Assembly: GCF_006345805.1 (NCBI RefSeq)
Contig: NC_043021.1
Coordinates: forward strand, 13,826,001-13,890,000
Direction: 5' to 3'
DNA: 64,000 bases
Source of the DNA: Octopus sinensis
Taxonomy: Eukaryota
The position numbers and the translations under genes are program-made. The notes below the pieces were generated by a model that saw nothing but the letters and a program-made list of their open reading frames with translations, had not been told where the DNA came from and ran no database searches. Shown here one piece after another: positions 39,508 through 52,325 of the stretch (the stretch's first letter is position 1; every line of letters begins with the position of its first letter).

Positions 39508-41990
39508 ATATGTACCAAGGGTGCTCTGAAGAAGGACTGAAGCCCATTCTTGCCAAATGGACATCTTAACTGTACAAGCATGTCTGCATTTATTGTGTGT
39601 GTGGGTGTATGTTATATCTTTTACTTGTTTCAGTCATTAGACTGTGGCCATGCTGGGGCATTGCTTTGAAGAATTGTAGCCAAATGAATCAATCCTAGCT
39701 ATTTTATTTATTTATTATTTATTTTTTTTTAATCTTGTACTTATCTTATCTGCTGTCTCTTTTTCCAAACTGCTTAGTTATGGGACATAAACCCACCGAC
39801 ATCAGTTAAGTGGGGGAGGGGACAGACACAAAGATACACATACACCCATACATTTTTATATGACTGGCTTCTTTCAATTTCCATGTAGCAAATCCACTCA
39901 GAAGGATTTAGTTGGCTTTGGACCATAGTAGAAGACACTTGCCCAAGGTGCCACACATTGGAATTGAACCTGATGTGCATGTGCACATAGGTATGGTTGT
40001 GTAGTTAATAAGTTCAATTCTCAACCATGTGGCCTCAGCTCCACTGCATAGAGCTTTAGGCAAGTGATTTCTACAACAGCCCAGAGTAAAGCAAAGAACT
40101 GTATGTATTCATATATGCATATGTGTGCATTCATGCATATATGTGTTTGTGTTGCTTGTCTTGATGTCATGTGATGAGTACAAACAAAGCGTCACCCTTA
40201 TGTAAACATTGTCCCCTGTTTTCAAACTTCCTTAACATAGTTCTCAGGGAGATTCAGCTCAACACAGAACATGACAAGGTTGGACCTTTGAATTACAGAT
40301 ACAACTCATTTTTTGCCATCTGATTGGACTGGTGCAATCATGTCCAGCCATGCGGAAAAAATTACTTTGCTTGGAAGCAGGTGAAGGTTTCGAGTGTTTA
40401 TTGAGCGAAAACACCTAAAATTCCATGAGGCTCCGGCAGGGGGTGATGGCGATCTCTGCTGTACTCTTTTTCCACAACTTTCTCTCACTCTTTCTTCTGT
40501 TGGTCTGCTCGCTTAGCCAGCGAGGTGGCATCACTTGATGGCTAAAACAATGCAAAGCGCATTGTGACCAGTGATGTGTAGCAACATCTGATATCCTGGT
40601 CAGTCATGTGATCACGTGATATATATATATAAAACCCTACCAAAACAGACAGTGAAGCGTGGTGCAGTCTTCTGGCTTGCCAGCTCCTGTCAAACTGTCC
40701 AACCCATCCTAGCATGGAAAATGGACATTAAATGATGATGATGATGATTTATACACACATATGCATATGTAGTTCGTTAGTTATATTTTATCCTACCCTA
40801 GTACATCTGTGTTCAATGTGTTTTCTCCTCCCCTCCCCTCTCTCTCTTTCACACGCACACACTCCCACACACTTCTGCAACTATACAATACCACATGGCA
40901 ACAGACATTATTGACCTGTTGACCCCTCAGTGGTGTGGATGACCCAGACCGAGGTCATTAGCAAATGTGCCAATGTTTTAACTCCATCAGGGATGAGGAT
41001 GAAACAACTAATACCAACCGATACTAACGCAGAATCTCTCTGTGCTGCTCAGCTCGACATGCTAAAAATAACTGCCGAATCACCCTCAAATGTACTGTTA
41101 ACATGATAGAAAGAAAGAAGAAAAAGGAAGGACATTGTTGGATTATGTAGTCCTCATACACTGTCTGAAGATGGAAATTAGAATCAGTGGTGGGAGTCAA
41201 GGCTGGAATGCTGTTGATCATGAATAAGCCTTTCTGATCAGCATTGAGTTCAGATTAAACTACTACTACTAAATGAGAGTGGTTTCTACTGAGTCACTCA
41301 ACCTGGCAGAAATGGTAGCCAAATCTCCCTCATATTACCTTCCACTGACTTTGAAAAGTAAGGGCTTATTATATGATGTTAGTATTTTACTACTACTACT
41401 GCTGCTGCTATACTGCCACTACTACTACTACCACTACCACTACTACTACTACTAGCAGCTCGGTGCATCCTTCTACCAGGGTCTCTGGAAGAAATTTGAC
41501 AAAAATGGAACAATACTACTATTAGGGGTCAAAGGGAGAGGGTCCTCTCAAAATTAAAGAATCATACCTGTTTTTTTACTTTCTTTTTTTCATTTTATTT
41601 TATGGACTAGGGTGGGGGCTACCAAATTATCACAGCACCCACTGGTTTCTCTAGCCTTTTGGGATCCAGACTGAATCAGCTGAACCAATGCCCCTCCCTT
41701 TGTGGAGGCATGTAGCTAAGTGGTTAGGGCTGGACTTGTGAGTATAAGATTGTGGTTTCGATTCCTGGACTGGGCAATGTGTTGTGTTTTTGAGCAAAAC
41801 ACTTCAGTTCACGTTTCACCAATCCATTCAGCTGGCAAAAATGAGTACTCCTGTGATGGACCATTGTCCCGTCCAGGTGGGGAATATACACGCCATGGAA
41901 ACCGGGAAACTGGCCCTCATGAGTCAGTATGACTCGAGAATGTGACTTTGCCTTTACTTATCCCACTCCCTTTTCTTTTTCTTTTTTGTA

Positions 41991-42353
41991 TTCTTTTTAT
42001 TTGTTTCAGTCATTTGACTGCAGCCATGCTGGAGCACCGCCTTTAGTCAAACAAATCGACCCCAGGACTTATTCTTTATAAGCCTACTACTTATTCTGTC
42101 GGTTTCTTTTGCTGAACTGCTATGTTACGGGGACATAGACATGCCACCATCGGTTGTCAAGCAATGGTGGGGGAGAAACACACACACACACACGATGGGC
42201 TTCGTTTCAGTTTCTGTCTACCAAATCCATGACGCTTTAGTCGGCCCGAGGCTATAGTAGAAGACACTTGCCCAAGGCACCACGCAGTGGGACTGAACCC
42301 AGAACCATGTGGCTGGTAAGCAAGCCACTTGCCACGCAGCTACTCCTGTGCCT
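41991..42353 (-). mobile_element. Full-length family A SINE
   Basis: Reverse complement of the family A consensus. Further copies lie at 31471-31832 (+) and 39617-39972 (-). Confidence 0.85.
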
Positions 42354-42641
42354 ACGCGTAAAGCCTTTGTTTACAAAAAAGTTTAAAATACGCTCCACCC
42401 CACCACCATCAATAGCATAATCAGAATGTTATTTTATTCAAACAAAAGCTAATTGTGTGTGGTGGTCATTATCCATGCTTTTGTACAGGTGTAGCTGTGT
42501 GGTAAAAAGTTTGCTTCCTCTCCATGTGGTTTCATGTTCAGTCCCATTCCATGACATCTTTGGCAAGTCTCTCCTACTATAGCACCAGGACAACAAAAGC
42601 CTTGTTAGTAGATTTGGTAGATAGAAGCTGAAAGAAGTCTG

Positions 42642-42678
<37 letters not shown>

Positions 42679-42974
42679 TTAATCCCGTCCAGGTTGTAGT
42701 CTGCTCTACAAAGCTTGTCCACGTGTATCGGCTAACGAATGCTATATCATACAATGAGCTCAATTGTATCACTGGACATACATCTGCAATTTTGTGAGGA
42801 AATGTAATTCACTGGTGTTTGCTGACATCATAATAATAATAATTGACATGGTGTGTTAATTTATATTTTCTATAATGCTTCAGCAATGTTTCTGTTGGCC
42901 AATCAATATTGAAACAATTGTGGTGTTATGTAATAAAGTGTGTTGCTCAACCCAGTTTCTAATGTTCATATCTT

Positions 42975-43005
<31 letters not shown>

Positions 43006-43560
43006 CATATATATAATAAATAATATGTATGTATGTATGTATGTATATACATGCACAAATGGGTACAGGATGTCACCAATGGTGCAATAACATATATATA
43101 CACATACATACATTTACATGCATGTATGTTAGTTAACAATTTATCACGTATATCTCTATCTACTTAGTGTAAATTGTTAGTCTTTTCCAAAAATGTCAAC
43201 TTACTGAATTAGTTTTTAAATAAATAGCCAATTTATTTTTATTGGTGTGGATTTGAACCAAAATATCGGAGAAGCTGTTAGTCTATATCAACAGGTTTGA
43301 CGATTCCTTAGTGTGTGTATATATACACTGTGCTGGTGCCATGTAAAAAGCACCCAGCACACTCTGTAAAGTGGTTGGCATTTGGAAGGGCATCCGACCA
43401 TAAAAACCATGCCAAATCAGACTGGAACGTGTTTAGCTTGCCACCTTAATAATAATGATGATGGTGATGGTCCCAGGACACTGGGTATGTCTCGCCAAGT
43501 GACTGTAACAAAGATGCAGATTGAAAGTAAAATTATAATAATAATAATAATATAATAATA

Positions 43561-44225
43561 GTGGGAGCTATGTAGAAAGCTGGGATTTGAACATACTGGT
43601 AAATGGTATGAACATGAACCTAGTAAAGTACTAGAAAGTAAGAAATATAAGATGTGGGTCTTTAACATTCAGACTGGCTGAGTAATAGAAGCTAGAAGGC
43701 CTGATTTGGTGGTGGTGCTGGTGGTGGTAGTAGTAGTAGTAGTAGTAGATAAAGAAAATAGAAAGTGCCAGATAATTGACTTTACAGTCCCAAATGATGA
43801 AAAAATTAATATTTGAAGTATAGATAGGTACCAGGACCAAGCTATTGAATTAGAGAGACTATGGAAAGTGCGGATAAAATGTATCCCAGTAGTTATAGGT
43901 GCATTGGGAACTATCCCTAAAGATCTGAACAGATGGGTAGAGGATATAGGTATAGAACCCAGTTTAGTACAGCTGCAGAAAACAATGTTGTTAGGAATAG
44001 CTAGGATACTTAGGAGAGTTCTTGGCATTTGAGGTTACTTGCTGTAACCCAATAGGAGGGTTCTTGGCATTTGAGGTTACTTGCTGTAACCAAATAGGAG
44101 GGTTCTTGGCATTTGAGGTTACTTGCTGTAACCCAATAGGAGGGTTCTTGGCATCTAAGGCTACTTGTTGTAGCCCAATGTTAGCATTCTTTTCTTTTCC
44201 AAGTGTCTAGCCCGTTGAGTGTATA

Positions 44226-44262
<37 letters not shown>

Positions 44263-44275
44263 TAATAATAATAAT
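43561..44275 (+). mobile_element. 5'-truncated R4/Dong-like RLE non-LTR retrotransposon in a (TAA)n tract
   Basis: A single frame at 43562-44032 with two internal stops: WELCRKLGFEHTGKWYEHEPSKVLESKKYKMWVFNIQTG*VIEARRPDLVVV..DKENRKCQIIDFTVPND..YQDQAIELERLWKVRIKCIPVVIGALGTIPKDLNRWVEDIGIEPSLVQLQKTMLLGIARILRRVLGI*. (ATA)n lies at 43536-43560 and an (AAT)n tail at 44228-44275. Confidence 0.92.
44014..44181 (+). repeat. 42-bp tandem repeat x4 spanning the RLE element stop codon
   Basis: Unit gagggttcttggcatttgaggttacttgctgtaacccaatag: three near-identical copies and a more diverged fourth. Confidence 0.95.
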
Positions 44276-44279
44276 GATC

Positions 44280-45470
44280 TTTTCTATATTAGGCACAAGG
44301 CCTGAATTTGGGCGAGGGGGATAGTTGATTACATTTCCCCCAATACTTGATTGGTACTTAATTTATTGACCCAGAAAGGACGAAAGGTAAAGTCAACCTC
44401 AGCGGAATTTGAACTCAAAACATAAAACCAGCGAAATACAGCTAAGCATTTCTCCCGGCATGCTAACAATTCTGCCAGCTCACCGCTTTAATGATAATAA
44501 AAATAATAATAATAATGATTTCAATCTTTGGCACAAGGCCAGCAAATTTGATAGGAGGAGGCAAGTTAGTTTAATTGACTCAAGTGTTCAACTGATTGTT
44601 TGTTTATTGACCCTGAAAGGACGAAAATATAAAGTTGACCTCAGCAGAATTTGAAACTCAAAACATAAAGACCACAAGGCATTTTGTCTGATGTGCTAAT
44701 GATTCTGCCAATGTGTATGTGTTCGTGTCCTCTTGTCATAACATCTTTAAATAATGATAATAATAATAATAATAATGATAATAAAAATAATGCTTTCAAA
44801 TTTTGGCACAAAGCCAGAAAGTTCAGGGGGTAGAGGTAAGACAATTACATTGACCCTAGTGCTCCACTAGGTACTTAATTTATTAATCCTAAAGGGATGA
44901 AAGGTTAAGCTGATCTCAGCAGAATTTGAACTCAGAAAAGGTGGCGAGCTGGCAGAAACGTTAACACACCGGGCGAAATGCTTCGCGGTATTTCATCTGC
45001 CGTTACGTTCTGAGTTCAAATTCCGCTGAGGTCGACTTTGTCTTTCATCCTTTCAGAGTCAATAAATTAAGTACCAATTACGCACTGGGGTCGATATAAT
45101 CGACTTAATCCGTTTGTCTGTCCTTGTTTGTCCTCTCTGTGTTTAGCCCCTTGTGTGTAGTAAAGAAATAAGAATTTGAACTCAGAACAGCCCACTGCCT
45201 TAATGATGATGATGATGATGATTTCAAATTTTGGCACAAGACCAGACAGTTTGAGAGTAGGGGCAAGTCAATTGCATCAACTCCAGGGCTCCATTGGGAC
45301 TTTTTTTTTTATCGACTCCTCCTCCCCCACAACGGGATGAAAGGTTAAATCGACCTTGGCGGAATTTGAACTCAGAACATGAATACGGATGAAATGCTGC
45401 TAAGCATTTTATCTGGGGTGGTAACTGTTGTGCCAGAAGAAATTCTGCCAGCCCATTGCCTCAATAATAA
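44280..45470 (-). mobile_element. Array of four antisense SINE B2 copies separated by (AAT)n/(GAT)n
   Basis: Copies at ~44280-44490, 44520-44710, 44790-45195 (interrupted) and 45220-45470. A similar three-copy antisense array lies at ~48575-49190. Confidence 0.85.
44938..45170 (+). mobile_element. Young SINE B1 inserted in opposite orientation into the B-box region of a B2 copy
   Basis: Perfect 17-bp TSD AGAATTTGAACTCAGAA at 44921-44937 and 45171-45187. The body is CpG-rich. Confidence 0.92.
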
Positions 45471-45517
45471 TGATGATGATGATAATAATGTGTTGTTTTC
45501 TCTTTGCTTATTTTCAG

Positions 45518-45592
45518 AAATGAAAGAAGAGCTGGAAGAATTGATGACGGACATCAAGAGGACAGCTAACAAAGTTCGAGGAAAATTAAAGG
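45518..45592 (+). CDS. STX1: Syntaxin-1 internal coding exon (Habc domain, helix Hb), 75 nt, phase 1-1
   Basis: Acceptor tctttgcttattttcag|AA ATG AAA GAA...AAA TTA AAG G|gtcagt donor. Translates to (x)[24 protein letters not shown], which matches syntaxin-1 as I recall it (human STX1A [25 protein letters not shown]; Drosophila Syx1A [23 protein letters not shown]). It splices in frame to the exon at 53613. Confidence 0.97.
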
Positions 45593-46825
45593 GTCAGTTG
45601 AATGTATTTGATATGTTTTTAGAACTGTGTTGTTAATGGTGGTGGTGTCTGCTCAGTGGACTGGGCTTATTTCACTGGTGATGGTCATGGTGCCAAGTGA
45701 TGATGTCACTGAACTGATTGCAGGTAACAATACTCCAACGCTCTTGCCACAACTGCAACACTGCAAACACTGCCATGACCATCACCACCAACTCTGCTGT
45801 AATCTTCAATACTACATCATTTCCATCACCACCACCAATACTATAACCATCTCATGTATCAACAGCACCACAGGCCACCACCAGTACAACAACAGTATGC
45901 ATCATCACTACTACCATACATCTCCACCACCATCAAATGACCAAAGAGTAACAGTCTTCAAATATTGCTCTCACTACCAAAACCACCACCCACCACCATC
46001 ACAACTAACACCCCCATTACTACCATCATCACCACCACTACCACAGCCTCCACCACCACCATCATTACCATCACTGCCATCATTATAACCACCACCACCA
46101 CCACCACCCCACCACCATCACCATCACTGCCATCATTATAACCACTACCACCACCACCACCACGACTAGCACTACCACCACTACCACAGTCTCCACCATT
46201 ATCTCCATCACCAATATCACCACCACCACCACCACCACCCCTGTCTCCCTTACCATACCCTCTCAACATCAACAGCATCAATCACTATCCCTGTTAACAA
46301 AGTACACTGTTAATACTAATTACACTAATTATATTAATTTCTTTCTAATTGTTCACTCCTTTCCCCTCGTTGTTGACACATAACCAGTCATGCCATGCCC
46401 ACCTCCACTAACACACACACAAGCTTGCATATATACATGCATATAAAACAGTTACTTGTATGCCCCCACTCCCACACCTGTGTATTCAGGGATGTCTGTG
46501 TATACACAAGTACATATATATATGCCGACATACATCCCATGGGTATGTATGCACAAACAAGTATACAAATATATGGATATACACTGACATACATTCAATG
46601 GATACATATGAAGGGGTGCTGAAAAGTTCCTGGCTTTTAGGTTATCGTGAGAGGCCTGGTTGTAGGTCCAACCTTCTGAGTTCTGTTACAGGGTTTAGAA
46701 AACTGAAGGACCACTGTAATAAGTGTGTGACTCTGAGAGAGGAATATTTTGAATAAAAAATAAAATTGATCCTCTAGTATTTTTTTTTTATATCCAAAGC
46801 TAGAAATTTTTCAGCACACCCTCAT

Positions 46826-47140
46826 TTATGTCACTGAAAAGCTTTGACATCAACCCTGACACCTGGGAAATGCAAGCACAAGACTCCCCTGCCTGGCAAA
46901 GATGCATCAGCAGTGGTGCCACTTCCTACAAGCAAAATAGGATTTCAGGGGCACAGATAGAACACGAACTATGCATGTCCAGAGCCAACTCCTTGGCTTC
47001 AGTCCCATCAGATCACCAGTGCCTAACATGTGGCAGAACCCCCCAGGCACACCTTGGATTAAATGGTCACAGATGGACACACCATACCCCATCTGCTTCT
47101 CCCATGTGATGGCCTTGTTCATTGTTGATGATGGATGAAC
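46826..47140 (+). mobile_element. 3' fragment of an RTE-clade LINE with a degenerate C-terminal zinc finger
   Basis: SLKSFDINPDTWEMQAQDSPAWQRCISSGATSYKQNRI...HQCLTCGRT..HLGLNGHRWTH matches the RTE/BovB-like ORF C-terminus (W..LAQDR..WR..I..G; CxxC..H..TH). Confidence 0.8.
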
Positions 47141-47267
47141 TAATATCTATGTGCACAGATATCAACATATGTATGTATCTGTATAACATTCACACCTGCA
47201 CATCGATGCATGCATGTGCACATAACCAGACTTTCACACATTCCATCCCAGTCCAGAAGCCTTTTCC

Positions 47268-48150
47268 AAAGATGGGCTGCAGTAAATATTCTGCTCAATA
47301 CCACAGATTTGCTTGTCAGTTGCTTGACCGTAACCAGTTGAGCATGTCCCTTAGTGGCTGACGATATGTGCATTTCTGATCGTGAGCAGATGTGGTGGGG
47401 GAGCATTATAGCCATGTGTTGAGAGGAATTCTTTGGGGCTGGTTAATGCACCCCTGGGAATGAAGGTGTTTCATTCATCATCCCTAAAGTAGCCTAATTT
47501 AGGGACCTTTTGAACAGGATGAGCTACTTGACATGAAGAAAATTCTAACTGGGCCCCACCTGCAAGGGCATGTGCTGTTTATCTTGAAATGAGGTCACCA
47601 TATCATGCACACATGGTTGCGATGCATGTGCCTGGTGTACCCTTATTCAATGAGTAGTCATGATGGGTATCCTTTTCCAACATGTACAGGTTTTGTCTTC
47701 GTGTAAAAGATGGGCTGCAGTAAATATTCTGCTCAATACCACAGATTTGCTTGTCAGTTGATTGACCGTAACCAGTTGAACATGTCCCTTTGTGACTGAC
47801 GATATGTGCATTTCTGATCATGAGCAGATGTGGTGGGGGAGCATTATAGCCATGTGTTGGGAGGAATTCTCTGGGGCTGGTTAATGCACCCCTGGGAATG
47901 AAGGTGTTTCATTCATCATCCCTAAACAAGCCTAATTCAGGGACCTTTTGAACAGGATAAGCTACTTGACATGAAGAAAATTCTAATTGGGCCCCACCTG
48001 CAAGGGCATGTGCTGTTTATCTTGAAATGAGGTCACCATATCATGCACATATGGTTGCGATCCATGTGCCTAGTCATGATGGGTATATTGGGTTTTGTAT
48101 ATTTCTACCCCAGTGTCACTTCAATAACATGTGCTGCTCTCTAAATAATA
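47268..48150. repeat. Tandem duplication (438-bp offset) of the unclassified repeat seen at 245-780, in reverse orientation
   Basis: aaagatgggctgcagtaaatattctgctcaataccacagatttgc starts at both 47268 and 47706. Confidence 0.9.
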
Positions 48151-49391
48151 ATAATAATAATAATAATAATAAGAGCACTCAGAGAGCACAAACCTCCACC
48201 AAGGCAACATCAATGTCCACTCAATGATTAGCCAGAGATGATTTTTAAAATGAGAATATCTGAAATAAACTCGACTGTTCTCACAAACAAGAATACTAAA
48301 AATGCACCTGACCACTCTCAAAAATTAAGTAAAAAAACTGGAAAACTAATCCAGAATCCTTGTCTGGTACTGGATCAATCCTGAAATCTAATCAGTACGT
48401 GCCAGTCAGGAGGCCAAACATCCTTGAAAGTTTCATCCGAATCCATGCAGTGGTTCTTGAGATATCTTGTCCACAGACAAACAAACAAACACAACTGTAA
48501 ACAATACCTCCACCTACACTAAGACGGAGCTAATAATGATAATAATAATAATTATTATTATTTTTTCTGTAGAGTGTGAAATTTTGGGGAGAAGGGAAAG
48601 TCGATCTTATCCACCCCAAAAGGATGAATAGCTAAGTTGACCTTGGCAGAAATTCAACTCAGAACATAAAACCAAAAGAAATACCACTGTGCATTTTGTC
48701 CAGCTTGCTAACAATTTGGCCTGCTTAGTGCCATTGCAGCAATGGTTTCAAATTCTGACAAAGGGCCGGTAGTTTTTGAGAGGAAGGGAAATTGGTTATA
48801 TCAACCCCAGCATTTGACTGATACTTATTTCATTAGTCTCGAAAGGACGAAGGGCAAAGGTGACCTTGGCAGAATTTGAACTCAGAATGTAGAGTTGGGT
48901 GAAATGCTACTAAGCATTTTGTCTGCCAGTTTGCTACCTTGTCGATATGATAATGATGATGATCCTTTCCACTATAGGCACAAGGCCAGCAATTTTAGAG
49001 AAGTGGGTAAATCAATTACATTGACCCAGTGTTCAATTGGTATATGTTTTATTGATCCTGAAACGATGAAAAGCAAAACTGACCTCAGCAGAATTTGAAC
49101 TCAGAATATCTCGCTAAGCATTTTTGCTCAGTGTGCTAACAATTCTGCCAGCTTGTCGCCTTAATAACGATAATAATAATAATAATAATAATTCCTTCAA
49201 TGCCACCCTCACAGGATAATGGGTCGATGATGATGTAGGCTATTAATTGCCACTTTCACCCCCTTTTATTTACCACCTCCACTTTCCCCTCTATTGTTAA
49301 AATTACAACAACAACATCTGCAACAACTAGAAGAGTAACACTAACTAAAGCACTCACAACAATAGCAATGATCAGAAGAGCAACCATCACC

Positions 49392-49425
<34 letters not shown>

Positions 49426-50113
49426 TCATCACCATCATACTACCACCACCACCTCAGCAACTAGAACTGTAACACTAACTAAAGCACTCACAACAATAGC
49501 AATGATCAGAAGAGCAACCAATACTGCTGCCACCATCATCACCACCACCACCATACCATACCACCATCACCATCATCATCACCACCATACTATCACCGCC
49601 ACCACCATACTATCACCGCCGCCGCCACCACCACCACCACCACCACTTCAACAACATACATGGGAATAACAAAGAACACCCTGCCTGATAATTGGGTGTC
49701 ATTAATTAATTAAAACTAACCAATTACCATAAATAATTAGTGTAAAGTATGAAAGACCAACAGCCACTTTGCTGTTGCCATGGTTACCGACAAGCACCAC
49801 TCCAACACTACACTGTCACTGCAACACTACTTCAAATATCATTGCTGCGCTAACACCTGCACCACTACAGCCACAACCACAACAACACCACCACTACCAC
49901 CATTTTGGCAGCTACACAACTACCAACATTGCAACACCACTCCATCATTTACGTTACTGGTGTGGCTATGTGGTAAGAAGCTTGCTTTCCAACCATTTGG
50001 TACCAGGTTCAGTCCTACTGTGTAGCACTTTGGACAAGTGTGCTTCTACCATAGCCTCAGGCCAACCAAAGCCTTGTGAGTGGATTTGGTAAACAGAAAC
50101 TGAAAGAAGCTTT

Positions 50114-50188
<75 letters not shown>

Positions 50189-50686
50189 CGTTTTGTTTGT
50201 TGTTGGTATTACTGCTTAACCTCACCCCACCAGGTCTGTATTGATCAGTAAACTTATGATCAAAGGCATGCCAACCATGACCATCCTGCCTTAATTCCCT
50301 TGCCGCCACCACCGTATACACATGCACACACACATACATACAAACTATGGTATAGTGAGCCTTTGGTTGTAAATAAATAGTTGAATGGCTATGGATGGTT
50401 TGGCAGCTGGCTGTTGTTATTGTTTAGCTCTGATCAATCAAGTGGACCCATGAACAAAGGCATTCCAGCCATGACCATCTCATTCCCTTAGCATGACTGC
50501 GTGGTTGAGAAGTTCACTTCACAATCATATGGCTTTAGGATCAGTCCCACTGCATGGACAAGTAGCTTTAACAATAGCCCTTGTGAGTGGATTTAGTTGA
50601 TGAAAACTGTGAGGAAGCCCATTAAGTGTATATATGTGCAAATGTGTGCATTTATACATGTATGTATATAAATACATGTATACACA

Positions 50687-51081
50687 TACTCTTTTACTTG
50701 TTTCAGTCATTTGACTGCGGCCATGCTGGAGCACCGCCTTTAGTCGAGCAATTTGATCCTGGGACTTATTCTTTGTAAGCCCAGTACTTATTCTATCGGT
50801 CTCTTTTGCCGAACCGCTAAGTGACGGGGACGTAAACACACCAGCATCGGTTGTCAAGCAATACTAGGGGGACAAACACAGACACACAAACACACACACA
50901 TATATATATACATATATACGACAGGCTTCTTTCAGTTTCCGTCTACCAAATCCACTCACAAGGCATTGGTCGGCCCGGGGCTATAGCAGAAGACACTTGC
51001 CCAAGATGCCACGCAGTGGGACTGAACCCGGAACCATGTGGTTGGTTAGCAAGCTACTTACCACACAGCCACTCCTGCGCC
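50687..51081 (-). mobile_element. Full-length, young family A SINE
   Basis: Near-identical to the 29091-29563 copy over long stretches, with CpGs intact. Confidence 0.9.
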
Positions 51082-51519
51082 TATATAAATATAACAAATA
51101 TTGTGTGTAAATATGTATATATAATCACAGTTTTAGCCTTCCTGGTGGGGAATTGAACCCCGGTCTCCCACAGGTGGGGATACTTATTATTATACTACCA
51201 AAGGCACATGGTTCAGTGGTTAAAGGTAGTGAGTTCAATTCTCAGATTGGGCTGTGTGTTGTGTTCTCAAGCTTGACACTTTATTTCACATTGCTCCAGT
51301 TCACTCAGCTGTAGAAATGTGTTGTGATGTCACTGGTGCCAAGCTGTATCGGCCCCTTTGCCTTTCCTTTGGACAACATCTGTGGTGTGAAGAGGGAAGG
51401 CTGGTATGCATGGATAACTGCTGGTCTTCCATAAACAACTTTGCCCAGACTTGTGCCTCAGAAGGGAACTTTGTAGATGCAATCCATGATCAAAGAGGGT
51501 CTTTACCCTTTATAATCAC

Positions 51520-52060
51520 AGTGCTAGTGTATTGAGAGAGAAGTTAAGCATAAGAAGAATTAGATGCAGTTTGCAAGAGAGAAGACTGCACTGGTTTGCT
51601 CATGTGATGTGGATGGATGCTGACAGCTCTATAATGAAGTGTCAATCTCTCAAAGTGGATGGAACTTGTGGGAGTGGGAAACCCAGGAAGACATGGGACC
51701 GAGTCCTGAATGACACCCTCAGGTTGCTGAACCTTTCAGATGAGATGACAAAGAACTGAGATATTTGGCACCTTGCTGTACAGCAGAAATATTAAGGGCA
51801 CTCCCTGTTGGTGAAGAGATTGGCCTGAAAAAGTCCTGTGGCAGTGCCATATAAAAAGCACTCTTGTTGGTACCATATAAAAACGTTTGTGCCATTGCTA
51901 CGTTAAAATCACCCAGCACACCCAGTAAAGTGGTTGGCATTAGTAAGGGCATCCAGCCATAGAAACCAATCCAGATCAGACTGGAACCTGGTGCAGCTCT
52001 CCTGCTTGCTAGCTCTGATCAAACCACCCAACCTATGCTAGCATGGAAAACGGACATTAA
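51520..52060 (+). mobile_element. 3' fragment of an RTE-clade LINE plus its 3' UTR
   Basis: LREKLSIRRIRCSLQERRLHWFAHVMWMD..KCQSLKVDGTCGSGKPRKTWDRVLNDTLRLLNLSDEMTKN*DIWHLAV matches the RTE RRLRWFGHV.RM..GRPRKTW..DR..WR motif series. It is followed by the abundant UTR-like repeat. Confidence 0.88.
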
Positions 52061-52325
52061 AGGAGGAGGTGGAAGAGGAGATACAAAGATACATATTTGG
52101 TAAGAAACTCTCAAGAGAGCTGTGTTTCGGCCCTTAATTTCTTACACTGTAAAGGTGCCGAGCTGCATCCAGTTCAGCAAAAGAGAGACACATAGAATAA
52201 GTACCAGACTTAAGAGAATATTGGATCAATTTGATGTGCAAAACCTTTTAAGTTAGTGCTCCAATATGACTGCAGTCCAATCACCGAACAAGACAGATTT
52301 TATATATATATATATATTGCTGCTG

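Noticed and set aside
43536-45470. Idea that the RLE element mobilises SINE B2
   Set aside because: The two share AAT tracts but have opposite strand polarity ((AAT)n versus (ATT)n on their sense strands), and I see no shared 3' tail sequence.
45379-45636. 85-aa ORF as a whole gene
   Set aside because: Only 45518-45592 is coding (the syntaxin exon). The rest is antisense SINE and (GAT)n intron sequence read through in frame.
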